Shown here: positions 1 through 12,852 of the stretch, in pieces
Position numbering within the stretch: the first letter of the stretch is position 1
Layout: every line of letters starts with the position of its first letter
NCBI GenBank assembly: GCA_963693365.1
Contig: CAVNZM010000001.1
Location: forward strand, 4,976,907-5,040,906
Source of the DNA: Amoebidium appalachense
Lineage: Eukaryota; Protista; Ichthyosporea
DNA: 64,000 bases
Reading direction: 5' to 3'
The notes under the pieces: generated by a model
What the model was told of the DNA's origin: nothing
The model's input: the letters and a program-made list of their open reading frames with translations, nothing else
Database searches by the model: none
Translations under genes and position numbers: made by a program

Positions 1-62
1 TCTCTCCATCCATTTGGCTATTCCCCCCCCCCCCCCCCCCCCCCCTCCCCCCCTCCCCCTCT

Positions 63-357
<295 letters not shown>

Positions 358-521
358 CCCCTCTCCCCCCCCCCCCCCCCCCCCCCCCTCCCCTCCCCTC
401 CCCTCCCGGGGAAGGCATGCCTTGATATTTATCTTGTTTTATCATTTCTTTTTCTTTCCCCTCTCTCCCATGTGCTTTCTTCCTTCCTTCTCCGTGTCTT
501 TCCATGTTTGTGTGTGTGCAG

Positions 522-610
522 TTGGTGTGGGTGACGACAAGCATTCGTATGCCTTCGATGGGTCGAGGTGTCGGGCCTGGCATGGGGATCTCCGTCACCA
601 ACAAATGGTA

Positions 611-641
<31 letters not shown>

Positions 642-1195
642 TTTCCCTCTTACAACTCCCCATCTCCCCTGTCCACAGCAACACCACCACCACCCACATG
701 CACACACCCACTGCATGATTTATGCGGTTTCTCCCCTCGTCCATTGTATTGTTTGCTATCTGCCTCTCATCCGCTGTTATCAGAGTTGATGTGCTTGGGG
801 ACACACAGACGTGCACACTGGCGCCACGTGTGCAGACACACGATAGTGTGCATGCAGTTACAACATAGCACAATAGGTCTTTGTAAAATACATCTGCACT
901 TTTGCTTAAACGCTCGGCAAAATGAAGAAGACGGGCGAGGATGGACGGAACACCCTTGCGGTTGCATGGGCTTGTGGATGAGCTCTCGAGTCATGTGCAT
1001 GGGCATATTCTTACGTGCTTGCATGTATGTGCTATGATTTGTGGTGGGTTGATTCCCGTGTTAAATGGACGGCAAAAGAGGGTGGGGAGATGGAAGTTAA
1101 AAGAGAGTGAGGAGAAGTGGGGGGAAGGGGGAGGGGATGGATGAGCAACTGACACTCCAAAACTCACACTACTGTTCATCTTTTCGACCTACCCC

Positions 1196-1228
<33 letters not shown>

Positions 1229-1617
1229 ACAGACACACACACACACACACCCCTCCCCCCTCCCCCCCTCCCCGCTTTTCCACTCCACCCTCATCAACCC
1301 CCCCTTTTTTTCCCCAGTGTGTGTATGGCAAGGAGTGGCGGGAGGGAGACATAGTGACGGTGCTGATGGACGTGGAGGCTGCAACCATCTCGTTCAGGCT
1401 CAACGGCCAAGACCTGGTCGGTGCCCCTCTGCTATCATTAGCCTGCATGGGCTGTGCTGTTGAGTGTGCATTGTTTGAGGTTATTCTTGTATGTCTTTCC
1501 TCTCCATCCCCCTTCCCTCCCGAGAAGAAAAAGAGCAAGAGGAAGAAAGAATACACAGACACGCGCACACTCACAAAAACCACACGTACGAATGCCCGCA
1601 TGTACACACACGCACAT

Positions 1618-1676
<59 letters not shown>

Positions 1677-2475
1677 AAAAAACCTCTCTCTCTCTCCTCA
1701 CACCAACCTTTCTGTCGCACACCCAGGGCATTGCATTCCGTGACGTGGACACCAAGAAGCGTTGGTACCCTGCCCTGTCCCTGGCCACCGGCCAGCACTG
1801 TAGTTTCAACTTTGGCTCCACCCCATTCATGTATGTGCGCCAAACCTTTCCCGTCCCCTCCCCCCACCACACACACACACACACCACCACCACCACCCCC
1901 TGGCCATATTCCTTCTCAGTTTTTTCCTCCCGTTCCGGATGTAAAAGGGAGGAATTCAAAATATGATGAGCGGAAAAGGAAATGTAGGAAACAAAGCTAC
2001 CCCGTGTTTTGTCGTGAGAGATGGTCATTTGGTAGGTGCCTGTGGGCTATTGCTCCTGACTTTTTTACCGGCAATCCACTTACCCACTGCGTACAATGCA
2101 AAGTGAAGCACAACCCATACACCCACCTACTGACCTACCCACCCAAAAATGGACCCTCCGTGCCGGCCATGCCTTATATTTGCTTTGATGGTGAGAGGGC
2201 GGGAGTAGGATAGGATGCCTAATGCCATAGTTAGGGCTGATGGTTCAATAAAGAATACTCGACATGCGGGGGGGAGGGGGGGATGGGGGGGGGGGAGGTA
2301 CGTGTATCGAGTAACCGATTATTGGATTGAAACAGCCATTCACTGCCGGCAACATACATCCCTTTGACTAAGATCAAGGTAAGCACATCGTCAACCTTAC
2401 TCCCCCACCCCCCCCCCCCCCCCCCCCCCTTCCCCCCTGGACACACACGCACACGCACACGCATGCACACGCACG

Positions 2476-2534
<59 letters not shown>

Positions 2535-2978
2535 CTGCCGTCCCGTTCCGGGTGTTACAGGCGAGCAGACGTGAATACAAATAACATTCCTTTTAATATC
2601 AATCCGAAATATCTGGTGACCTAGACCGCACAATACAAGTTGGTCTGCAGACACGGACCCAAACACATGCACAGAAACACATGTGCACCCACACACGCCT
2701 GCACATGCACGTGTACACACCCATGAACACGTTCGAGTTGACATTGTTTCCATTCAGAGCCCCCGGCCCCTAGCGCCACCAATGAAGTCAAGTGCTGTTG
2801 TCGAAACTCTGGAATACAGGTGCCCCTCCCGCGCCACTCCCGCTCCTTCCCCACCCCCTCCCCCCATAAAGGCACCCACTACACGGGTCTAGAGCCTCCT
2901 CACACAGGTTGTGTTGCACTCTCCACGTCTTAAACACGCGCACGCACGCACACACACACACGCACACACACACGCACA

Positions 2979-3021
<43 letters not shown>

Positions 3022-4030
3022 CCACGGAGAGCCCACATACATTTTAGTCGTCTCACCCCACCACCCAGCCACTCACTCATTCCTGCAAATTCTCACATCT
3101 AATGCACAGCTTCAAAATACACATACGGGTATACTGACACACACACACACACACACACGCGCACGCATGCACGCGGGCCTTACGGCAACCAATAACACAT
3201 TTAGAAGCTCATGTTTTGGCTCTTAGCTGCATGCAACGAACCTACATTCAAAATCTCTCGTTGGATCAGCCTTCTCTCACACCATCACGCTCCCTCCCAC
3301 ACCCACACCCTCCCTCCCACACCCACCCACTTGCACCTCTCTCACTCACTGCACCTCCATCATGCCACCACTGGTCCAACCCACCCATCCACCCACACAC
3401 ACAGAACCATGTTTGACAGCAAGTTGGCAGCTCAACGGCTCAATCGCAATGCTCCCAGCCCCACCCTCTATTTCGAAGCAAAAATCTGCAAAGACCGTCC
3501 AGGGTAACTCCCCCCCCCCCCCCCCCCCTCCCCCCCCCCCCCTCCCCACCACACACACACACACAGTCACACACTCACACCCTGCCCTCTCGCCCTCACA
3601 CCCACTTTCTCGTTTTCTCCCGATCCCTTTTAAAAGGCAGGGTTATCGGAATATGCCGGTGTTTTTATTCTGCCTCTACGCCTTTCCCCGCGTTTCCCCG
3701 CCTTCCCCTCTTCTCTCGTTTGTCACTCCAACACCTTGGCACCGAATCATGCCAACTCTTTTTAATCCACCAAACGCTGCAAAGAAGCCAAAACCAAGGG
3801 CACACATACAGATTGAAATGGAAAAGCGAACAGGGAAAACATTGAATAGACATGCCAGAACAAGCCGGAGTCACCTTGGCCAGCCTTGCACACTTGCGTC
3901 CACCCACCCAGCAAGACACCTATCCACCCCTCATGTTCACGCACTCACCACCATGCCCCTCAGTCCCCTAGAGATTGGCATCCAAGCGGGAGAGTCGGTC
4001 ACGTTCCTGATTAAATTCATGGAGACCGGG

Positions 4031-4089
<59 letters not shown>

Positions 4090-4186
4090 ACACACACACA
4101 CCACCCCCACCGCACCCACCCCCCACCATTCTCACCACACAACCACAACCAACATCCTTCAATTTTCCCTTCATCCACCGAACCCT

Positions 4187-4217
<31 letters not shown>

Positions 4218-4672
4218 CCCCCCCCCCCCCCCCCCCCCCCTCTCTCTGCTTCCGTTACCTTCCATGCTTGCAAATGACATCTTGGCCACTCTTTGCTGAT
4301 GCCCTCCTCCTCCTCCCCCCCCCCTCCCCCCTCCCCTCCCCTCCCCTCCCCCCCTCCCCTGGGTGCTCACGACAACATTCACGAGCTCCGAGGATACAGT
4401 GAGGGTTGGGTGGTGGTGTCTCTTTGTTTGCATGTGTGCGTGTGGGTGGGTGGTTGGGGGAGGGAGGGGGAGAAAGGTTAAAGTGGTGGTGGTGCAGTGC
4501 TAATGTTTTATGCTGCTGTTGTTTTGTGTGGGCTGTATATGGATATTGAAGCACACCAGCATTGATATGAGCCCATTGATTTACGGCTGGTGTGAAATGA
4601 CAGCCGGTGCCAGTGACTACTCGCCAAATGCCATACCGTTTAAGACACTTACAATCATACTCACTGACGCGT

Positions 4673-4757
<85 letters not shown>

Positions 4758-4865
4758 CACTTTGAGTTTGCCAAGCAGACCATAGTACACCGTGACCCAC
4801 ATGGCCGGGATAAGGTCATGATGGAGCATGCCCTTCCTGAGATGTCCTTCGCATCAGTCCGGTAT

Positions 4866-4902
<37 letters not shown>

Positions 4903-6409
4903 CCCCGGTTCCCCCCCCGCCCGCCCGGTTCCCCCGTTCCCCCTGTGTTTTCCCCAAGTCTTGGTGCCCTTTTGCCAGACACCCTCGATCTTACTCATTA
5001 TTTGGGATTCTTGCCTTCTCAATGTTTAATTGAAGGTGTTTTGATCAACAGTACCTCTTTGTTTGATGGTCATATAGTAGAAGATGCGAGGGAGTTCGTT
5101 TATTCCTTGGAGGGAGAATGTTAGTAGCAGGGCAGTCGGTATTTTTCTGCTGGCGCGGAAATGTCTGGTTGTCGTTGTGTGATGATCAGAGTTGGTTAGA
5201 TGGGTGCAAATGAAATTTTTGTTAACCCAAAAAGCCGATTTCCCAAAGTCCTATTCTCGTCAGGACATATTGTTCAATCTGTTGCCCGTCCCCTCCATTG
5301 ATTTAACCCGTTTTGGCTCAGGTATGCACCAGGTATGACTGTTGGATGTGGAGTGAGTAGACCGGACGGCAAAACATGTTTCACCATAAACGGCCTGTGT
5401 GTCGGTAGGCCAGCCCCCCCCTCCCCCCCCCCCCCCCCCTTCCCCCCCCACCCCCAGGAAGAAAATACCTATCATACACTTGGTTAACATGTATCTTCTG
5501 CAAATATTTTCATGACTGCCTTTTGGGGGGGAGGGGGAGGGGGGGGGGGGGGGGGGGGGTCCCTCTTTGGTGTAGTCAGTAAGTGGCTTTACGTTCCCAC
5601 CCTGTAATGCCTACATCAACAAACACTCCTCCATCCCACCCCTATCCAAGATCCCATCCCCCCCCCCCCCCCCCCCCCCTCCCCCCCCTTTCGCCCCCCC
5701 CTTTCCGTCTACTCAGCATGCACACACTTACCCACATTCGGGCACTTGTACACACACAACACACACACACGTGCACATGCAGTACATGCACAACACGTGC
5801 ACACGTGCACATGCAGTACACACACAACACGTGCACACGTGCACATGCAGTACACACACAGGCACGCACATGCACACCCCCTCGCATGTGCCCACATCCC
5901 GGGGCCCTATTATGCCTATGTGATCTATCAATCTACTGCCCTTCAGTCCTTCACTCAACCTTTTGCCCCTTAATCCTATCTCGTATTCCCGTTCCATTTC
6001 TTTCTCATCCGCTCAACGTTTCTTCATGTCCATCGCACCAGTGAAACTCCCACAATGTGGTTTCTGTTCTTGGCCACTTTTCAGCATGTACCGCTTTTGC
6101 TCATTGTTCCATTATTCATATACGTCAATGGTGATATATTGGTGCATTTGCGCAAAACTGGAGCTAAAAGTGTTTGTGAGCAGGGGCCCCGTTCTCTGCG
6201 GATGTTGCGTCATGCCGGCCATACATAGTGGGCAGCAGGGTGCAGGTCAACTACGGCCAGAGACCTTTTGTCTACGAGATGGCTAACAGGTGTGTGTGCT
6301 CGTACGGCATTAGGGAATGTGGGGTGTGTGCAGCTCTTGTTATTTCTTCTTTTCTTTTCTTTCTTTATTTTCTTTTCCCTTTTTTTTTTTCTTGTGAGCC
6401 CGGGGGGGG

Positions 6410-6452
<43 letters not shown>

Positions 6453-6784
6453 TTGCGAACCTGATGGCTAACAGAAATGAGTTTGACACATGGCATGGGA
6501 TACTGGAATGGTGGTTGGGCTGGCTGGGCAGGTGGGCCAGAGGTAGGCATAGAAGATGATTGGGTGCAAGCGTGCATGCACTACTCTGTTGCTGTGATGG
6601 TTGTGGGGTGGGCATGCAGAATACCGTAAGGGTGTGGTGGGTGGGTGTTGGTGGGCGGATGGGTGAGGAAGCGAGAGAGGGGGTTTTTGGGTGGTGGGAG
6701 GTAGGGCCTGCAATAATTTGTGTGCTGGGGTCACAGAGAGGATGCACACGATCGAATGGCTGCCGGCTTAGCACTGAAGGTACC

Positions 6785-6818
<34 letters not shown>

Positions 6819-6837
6819 ACAAAAACACCGTGACATG

Positions 6838-6894
<57 letters not shown>

Positions 6895-6958
6895 TAATCC
6901 GCACACGCAAAAAGGAAAAAAAAGATAGAAAAATGCCGGAAAAACAGAAATTGAAAGG

Positions 6959-6990
<32 letters not shown>

Positions 6991-7681
6991 AACAGCAAGA
7001 AGACACGGAAACCCATTCTATCGTGGCCGACATGCAAACCTTTTTATCGGAGCCGGCATACACTTTGATGCCATGGGACAACCCATCTCTGTTCCCCCAC
7101 TATTTTGTGGATAGCCCTGCCGCAAGGCTACCTATTGTCGTCCCATTCCTCGCACAAACACGCAGTGACCGGTCACGTCACAGATCATGCTGCCGTGTTT
7201 GGGTTCTTGGTATCAATATATCTACCCCTCCCCCCGCTCCCCCCCCCTCTTATCCACACACCCGCAGGCGCTCACCTACATCACACCACGGTTCATGGAG
7301 GAGAGAGAGTCGGCCGTGGAAGCACCACATGCTGCCGCCATCCAAGGCATGCAACCCCTCCCCCCCCCCCCCCCCCCCTCTCCCCCGCGCCAAAACCTAC
7401 CATGATCATGTACCCGTTTTGTCTGCTCCGTCCCCTCTCCTCATACACAAGCACGTACAGACGCGCGCGGACGAGCACACACGCACACACACCCCGAGAG
7501 AGAGAGAGAGAGGGAGGGAGGGAGGGAGGGGGGAGGGGGGGAGGGGGGGAGGGGGGGAGGGGGGGGGGAGGGAGAAAGACACACGCACGCGCGCGCGCAC
7601 ACACACAAACACAGACACACACCAAAAAAAAAAAAAAAAAAAAAAACAGAACGAACACATGTGCACTCGCGCATGCGCACG

Positions 7682-7725
<44 letters not shown>

Positions 7726-7773
7726 ACAAAAGACATCTGATTCTCTACCCCACCCCGCCCCCTCTCCTCCTCG

Positions 7774-7807
<34 letters not shown>

Positions 7808-8123
7808 AACATCGCATGCGCTTGTGTTGGTACTTGCATGTCACACCTAAGAGCCTTTCCGGTGAATAGGTCGAAACTCGGGTAATGTGGATGACGTGGG
7901 CCCCCCCTGAGGATGGGCTCTGCTTATTATGCATACTCTTTATGTATGGCTTGCATCCTGCATCGTGTTATCCGTTTGTTCTTGTGTACTTCGTACTTTT
8001 GACGCATTCAAACCCCTCCCCCCCCCCCCCCCCCCCCCCCTCTCCCCTCCCCCCCCCCCCGTCTCTCTTGTCCTTTTTGTTGCAGGTGTTAATAATGTCG
8101 GCCTTCTCAGTGGGTTTTTGTAA
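522..8123 (+). CDS. Multi-exon protein with two SPRY-like domains (first is RNF123/RSPRY1 type); 5' end lies upstream of the window, 3' end uncertain
   Basis: Phase-consistent exons: 522-607, 1318-1416, 1727-1830, 2336-2378, 2758-2819, 3405-3503, 3964-4029, 4757-4861, 5322-5404, 6184-6289, 6737-6779, 7268-7346, 8086-8123. SPRY1 reads GVGDDKHSYAFDG..YGKEWREGDIVTVLMD..ISFRLNGQDLGIAF..WYPALSL..FNFGSTPF. Degenerate SPRY2 reads LYFEAKI..LEIGI..GMTVGCGV..CFTINGLCVG..VQVNYGQRPFVY. The last junction needs a GC donor. Confidence 0.85.
7843..8030 (+). mobile_element. Short 5'-truncated copy (copy C) of the structured dispersed repeat, in a putative SPRY-gene intron
   Basis: 7861-8015 matches 62694-62850 and the reverse complement of 35962-36116 (ggtgaataggtcgaaactcgggta...gacgcattcaaaccc), then runs into poly-C. 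Confidence 0.85.
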
Positions 8124-8256
8124 GCCTTGAGGCAAGCAGCAACAGTTGGATGCAATGATAACCCTCCTGGATATATGAAGAAGGCTCACAATAGCCACCT
8201 CCCCCTCCCCCCCCCCCCCCCCCCTCCCCAAACACCAACCCACACGCGCACACACG

Positions 8257-8313
<57 letters not shown>

Positions 8314-8500
8314 AAACACACACACAAACACACAAGCTAACCACACACACACTAACCACACCCACACAGAGGTCTACCAGGAACTGGTGAGTGCCAAAGA
8401 AGCCATCAACCCACGTGGGGCCTAAAAACCGGAGCGCCAGCAATATGTACGACGTTTCCTTTGGCTCTTTTTTGGATGTTTTCCTTTCTTTCTTTCTTTT

Positions 8501-8550
<50 letters not shown>

Positions 8551-9711
8551 GAGGAAGGTTCTGTGTAACTGCTAGACTTAGCGCCCTGGGTGGGTGTGGG
8601 AGCCAACAATCGAATAATGACTTAAGATGCACCGTAGATGGCGCGAATGTTTTTCGGCAAAAGTCAGGTCGAGAAATATTGGCTTGTATGAACGAATGGT
8701 TGTGCTGAAGCTTATGACGCTTTGAATCTGTTGTTCAACTTAATAAATATGTACCTGTGGGGCACCTGAACGCTGAGTCTCCATGTGGTTTGCTATGGTC
8801 GTGCTTCTCTGTGACCTACCCACAAAGTGTTTTGTAACAGTTGTGTTTGCGCGCGTGTGTACGGTGCCCTGCTTGCGTGTCTGGCATGTGTGCGTGTGAA
8901 CATTGGACAGGTGGTCGCGCCGAGCGGGTGGGTGGGCGGGCCGGCAGAGGGGGAGGGGGGGGGGGGGGGGGGGGGGGGGAGGGGGGGGGGGGGGGGGGGG
9001 GGGAGGAGTGGCTACGATGGAAGAACTGAAGTAGTAAATTCAACTCGTTTAGTGAATACTCGAGGGAACGGCAACAATAATACTGATGGTCACTAACAAT
9101 TTGGGCACTGTACAACCACGGGGCAATTATAATATAATATATAATAATATCCCCTTACATGTCGTTGCTCATGTGCAAGCAAGCGTCCAGGATGCCGCGT
9201 GAGCTCGAATAAATTGTGATGGTGAGTCGGCACGTTGATAATCACACTCACAAATGATGATGTGTTTCACATCGAGGTTTGTATGAGAACGGGGTACGAG
9301 TATGATAATATCTAAAGAGAAATTTCGGAAGTGTAAGGACGTTGTACATGTTGAGTGAAAAGCTTGATCAATGCACACACATGTTCACCAGTCTACATGT
9401 CGGCCGGCATGGGATGGCGGATCTGTCAACATGTCTGTCATGCATTTGCACTGGGCGGAAACAGTCATACATAAAATGGTCAATGAGAACCCTTCAATAC
9501 AAGTCACAATATGACATTTTACGGATATGGATATGGGCGGAGCCTTTTGATTTACTGTTCAGTTTCATCTTAGCAGGAGGTAGGTACACATGTGCCAGTA
9601 GAAAGTACAATGATCCCCCCCAGTAGAACTGTTGTCATCCCGTCATCCTCGCGGAGGAATGCTCCAGATGACAACGCAACCAATCGAATGAAATGAGATG
9701 ACAGAAAGCTG

Positions 9712-9787
9712 GCCAATAGGAACACATTGTAAGCCGCAAGCCAATCGGAACTCAGAATTTTTTAGTGGAAGCACGCCACTTTATAAA
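9712..9787 (+). promoter_or_regulatory. Putative Pol II promoter (CCAAT boxes plus TATA) of the LysM-DPBB gene
   Basis: GCCAAT near 9712 and 9740, and TATAAA at 9782, about 60 bp upstream of the ATG at 9845. Confidence 0.35.
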
Positions 9788-9844
9788 CAGCCCAAAATGC
9801 ATCATGGCAACACTGCCCATCACAAACGCCTTCTAGAATCAAAA

Positions 9845-10508
9845 ATGTGTCACGTTGTGCTGCTCCTAGCCGTCTGTGCGACCATGTGTTTGGCGCAAAC
9901 CAGTGGCTGCGCGCAGAAGCACCAAGTGTGTCAGAGGAAACACCTGCGCGACCATTGCGCAAAGATACGGCCTGACTTAGAGCACGCTCTACAGCGTCAA
10001 CACAAACATCGGCCTCAACGAAAAGAAGTGCAGCGGCCTACCAATTGGCACCAGCATGTGTGTCCGGGCGGGCGGCCCGGGCACCGTTAGCGGGCTTCCC
10101 ATTGTCCGCGGCAGCAAGGCCACGCTGACAGTCTTTAACGACAAGTATGTGCAGTGCTTCACCCCGGCCCAGCCCAAGAAGATAGGCCTGGGTGTGGCCG
10201 TAAACCCGCTGATGCTCGGCATCACCAAGGCCGACTGGAAGGCAAAATACGTCAACGCTGACCCCAGCAAGATCCCCTGGTGTGGTAAGACCATTGAGTT
10301 GAGCTTCAAGGGCCGCACACAACGGGCCACCATCGTGGATACGTGCCAGCCATGCAGCACGGCTGAGGGCTATGGGGAGGCCCCAGCATGCGACTACACT
10401 GATGACATTGACTTCTGGGCAAACGGGCGCATAAACGGCGAAACCCTGCTGCGGAGCTGGGACGGTGATGACTTCTACCAGGGCAAGGTCAACTGGCGTA
10501 TATTGTAA
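9845..10508 (+). pseudogene. Intronless secreted LysM + RlpA/expansin-like double-psi beta-barrel (DPBB) protein, disrupted
   Basis: Signal peptide MCHVVLLLAVCATMCLA. Removing 1 nt near 9929 gives a LysM-like CAQKHQVVRGNTCATIAQRYGLT*STLYSVN..CSGLPIGTSMCV with an in-frame TAG at 9978-9980. DPBB-like motifs follow: GVAVNP..WCGKTIELSFKGRTQRATIVDTCQPC..DIDF. Confidence 0.8.
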
Positions 10509-10668
10509 TTAATTACATGTGTAGTACCTAGAGGTGCGCTAGTGTCTAATGAAAGCGGGCCGGGGTGCACGTGGTTTCCAATAAATTTGCGTTTCGATTC
10601 AATGAAACATATTAGCGCCGTGGGGGCCTGCCTACTTTAGCACATATGTGACCCGGTATAGTATCAAA

Positions 10669-10820
10669 TGCATATTCTCGCTGTATAGTATTCTTCAGCT
10701 TGCGCATGTTCTACCTGTGTAGTATTTTTGCGCATATTTTCGCTGCATATTATTTTTGCGCATGTTCTTGTTGAATAGAATTTTGTTTGTATTCTCACTG
10801 CATAGTATATTTGCGCATCG
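10669..10820. repeat. Degenerate ~28-bp tandem minisatellite, about 5.5 units
   Basis: Units include gcgcatgttctacctgtgtagtattttt, gcgcatattttcgctgcatattattttt and gcgcatgttcttgttgaatagaattttg. Confidence 0.75.
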
Positions 10821-11832
10821 TATACTCTTAAGTGCTGTATCATATTGTCCATCCTTTGGCTGTAACGTTTATAAAGCTGGCGCACGCTCTCATTAATTTT
10901 TTTTTGCGGAACCTCAATGAACTCTAGCTCCCCCCCCCCCCCCCCCCCCCCCCCCCTTCCGACCCCACCCCTTTTCTACCCTATTTTTGAAGGGTTCACT
11001 GTTTCTCAGCATGCACGTAGCCTGTGATGGGGCCGGGTGCTGGGGTTGCAACAACAGTGACTACATACGGGCTCAGTATTCAGACACTGTGCAAATGCAC
11101 TGCAACACATCCTTCTTGGTTGAATAGGGTGGTGGTGAGGCGAAAGGGAATGCAGACTGCAGTGAAAGCCCACACTAACTACACAGTGTCCACTTGCACA
11201 GAATAAACTTTTTTTTGTGGAGGAGGGGGAAGGGGCCCCGGGGGGGGTTAAGGGGGTGCTGGTGGGGGAGGGGGGGAGGGGGAGGGGAGGGGGGAAGGGA
11301 GGGAGGGGGGAAGGGGGGGAGGGGGGGGGGGGGGGGGGAGCTGACGCATAATTTGACGGTTCTAGTACTCGGACTCGTAAGTCTTGGGCTCTGTCCCCAC
11401 AATGACATCGGGGAGGGGCCCCCCGGGGGGCAGCTGCAGGGCCGGGGGAGGGGGGGGGGGGGGGGGGTTGCGGGGAGGAATGTGATGTGTGTGCAGTGTG
11501 GTAAGGCTGTGTGTGGCGCTGCGTGCACAGTGTGTGTGTGTGTGTTGGGAGGCGGGAAGGGGGGGGGAGGGGGGGGGGGGGGGGGGGAGAGGAGGAGGGG
11601 GGGGGGGGGGGGGAGGAGGAGGGGGGAGGGGACTCAAAAAAAAAAGTTGATCCCGGGCCCCCGAATGTTCTGAGACTCGTCACGTGACTGAAAATTGTCC
11701 CGCCCCCCGGGATAGAAGGGGCTGGCAGTGGACACACATCGTTAATAATTTCATAATTCAGATTAGCACCACATGTACATGTTATTGGGGCTGTGCAAAT
11801 ATTAATTGCAGGGTGGAAAAGACACTCAGGAA

Positions 11833-11871
<39 letters not shown>

Positions 11872-11873
<2 letters not shown>

Positions 11874-12295
11874 TAGGGCCAATAGTGATAACGCCGGGAC
11901 CGGTCAGGGAATCGAATAAACTGAAATTCGATGATCTGATTAAATCACTGGAGAATTTCTTTAAGACCGAGATTCCCTTTTAAACTTCTGGAGTCACTAG
12001 TTCGCCAAATGGGGCATAGGCCCAAAGGAGCGGCTTTGGACACCTTGAGTTCTGAATCAAATATATCGGCATAACAGGGTTGAATTTGATTGGATGCCAC
12101 GGTGCACATGTCTGGAGCACCGGGGAGATAGTGAAAGGCGGAAGTACCCGGGGGGGGGGGGGGGGGGGGGGGGGGGGAGGGGGGTTCGAGAATAAGATTT
12201 CAGCACAAGCCCAGTTCAGTCCCTTTGGGCAGTGGAACACACCATCATTGGATTATATTTTTCTCGGTATACACCACCACCCGGGCCAACCTTAA
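11872..12295 (-). pseudogene. Decayed coding-like fragment of unknown origin, possibly a retroelement remnant
   Basis: Complex sequence between poly-G tracts; one minus frame is open for about 90 codons except for a single TGA (GTSAFHYLPG..LGLKEILQ*FNQIIEF). No diagnostic motif recognised. Confidence 0.2.
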
Positions 12296-12654
12296 GAATG
12301 TACGTACCGAGTCCGATCATGACTACCGCAGGACACTACAGTAACTAACATCGTTGTCACCGTGACTCACAGTAGCAATAACGTTGCTATCGGTTTCAAA
12401 TTGAATCAGGTCATTTAGTATGCACAGTGCCCTACTAGTTACCTACCGCACTTAGAGATGCCTCAGTAGCCTAGTAGAAACAAACATCAGCCATCAGCAG
12501 AATAATAGCATATTAACTAATAAAATTAAGAGATTGAATTGTGTTGATTCAGAATCGCCCAGGGCCTCTAGCCCCCAATTAACGGTGTCCTCTTTGTGTA
12601 CTTAAAATCCAAAAAATAGGCCACTAGTGACAACCCAACCCACCCACGTCATAA

Positions 12655-12852
12655 TTGCCCACATTAAGTTCACACCCTATATCCGCTCAGCCATACTAAG
12701 TTCACACCTACTATCTTAGTTACTGTATGGGCCATCGTAATTATAAGTTCCGTGATAGTACCCACTATCTAGGCCAAACCTATAAATAAATAAATAAAAA
12801 ATAAAAATAAAAACACCATCTAGGCCATTTTAAGTTCACACCTACCATCTAG
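12655..12852. repeat. Cluster of short direct repeats (TAAGTTCACACCTA / ATCTAGGCCA) abutting the stop codon of the secreted gene
   Basis: taagttcacacc at about 12665, 12697 and 12831; atctaggcca at about 12767 and 12818. Confidence 0.55.

Noticed and set aside
10669-10820. CRISPR-like array
   Set aside because: Units are contiguous and degenerate with no unique spacers, the context is eukaryotic, and no cas genes are present.
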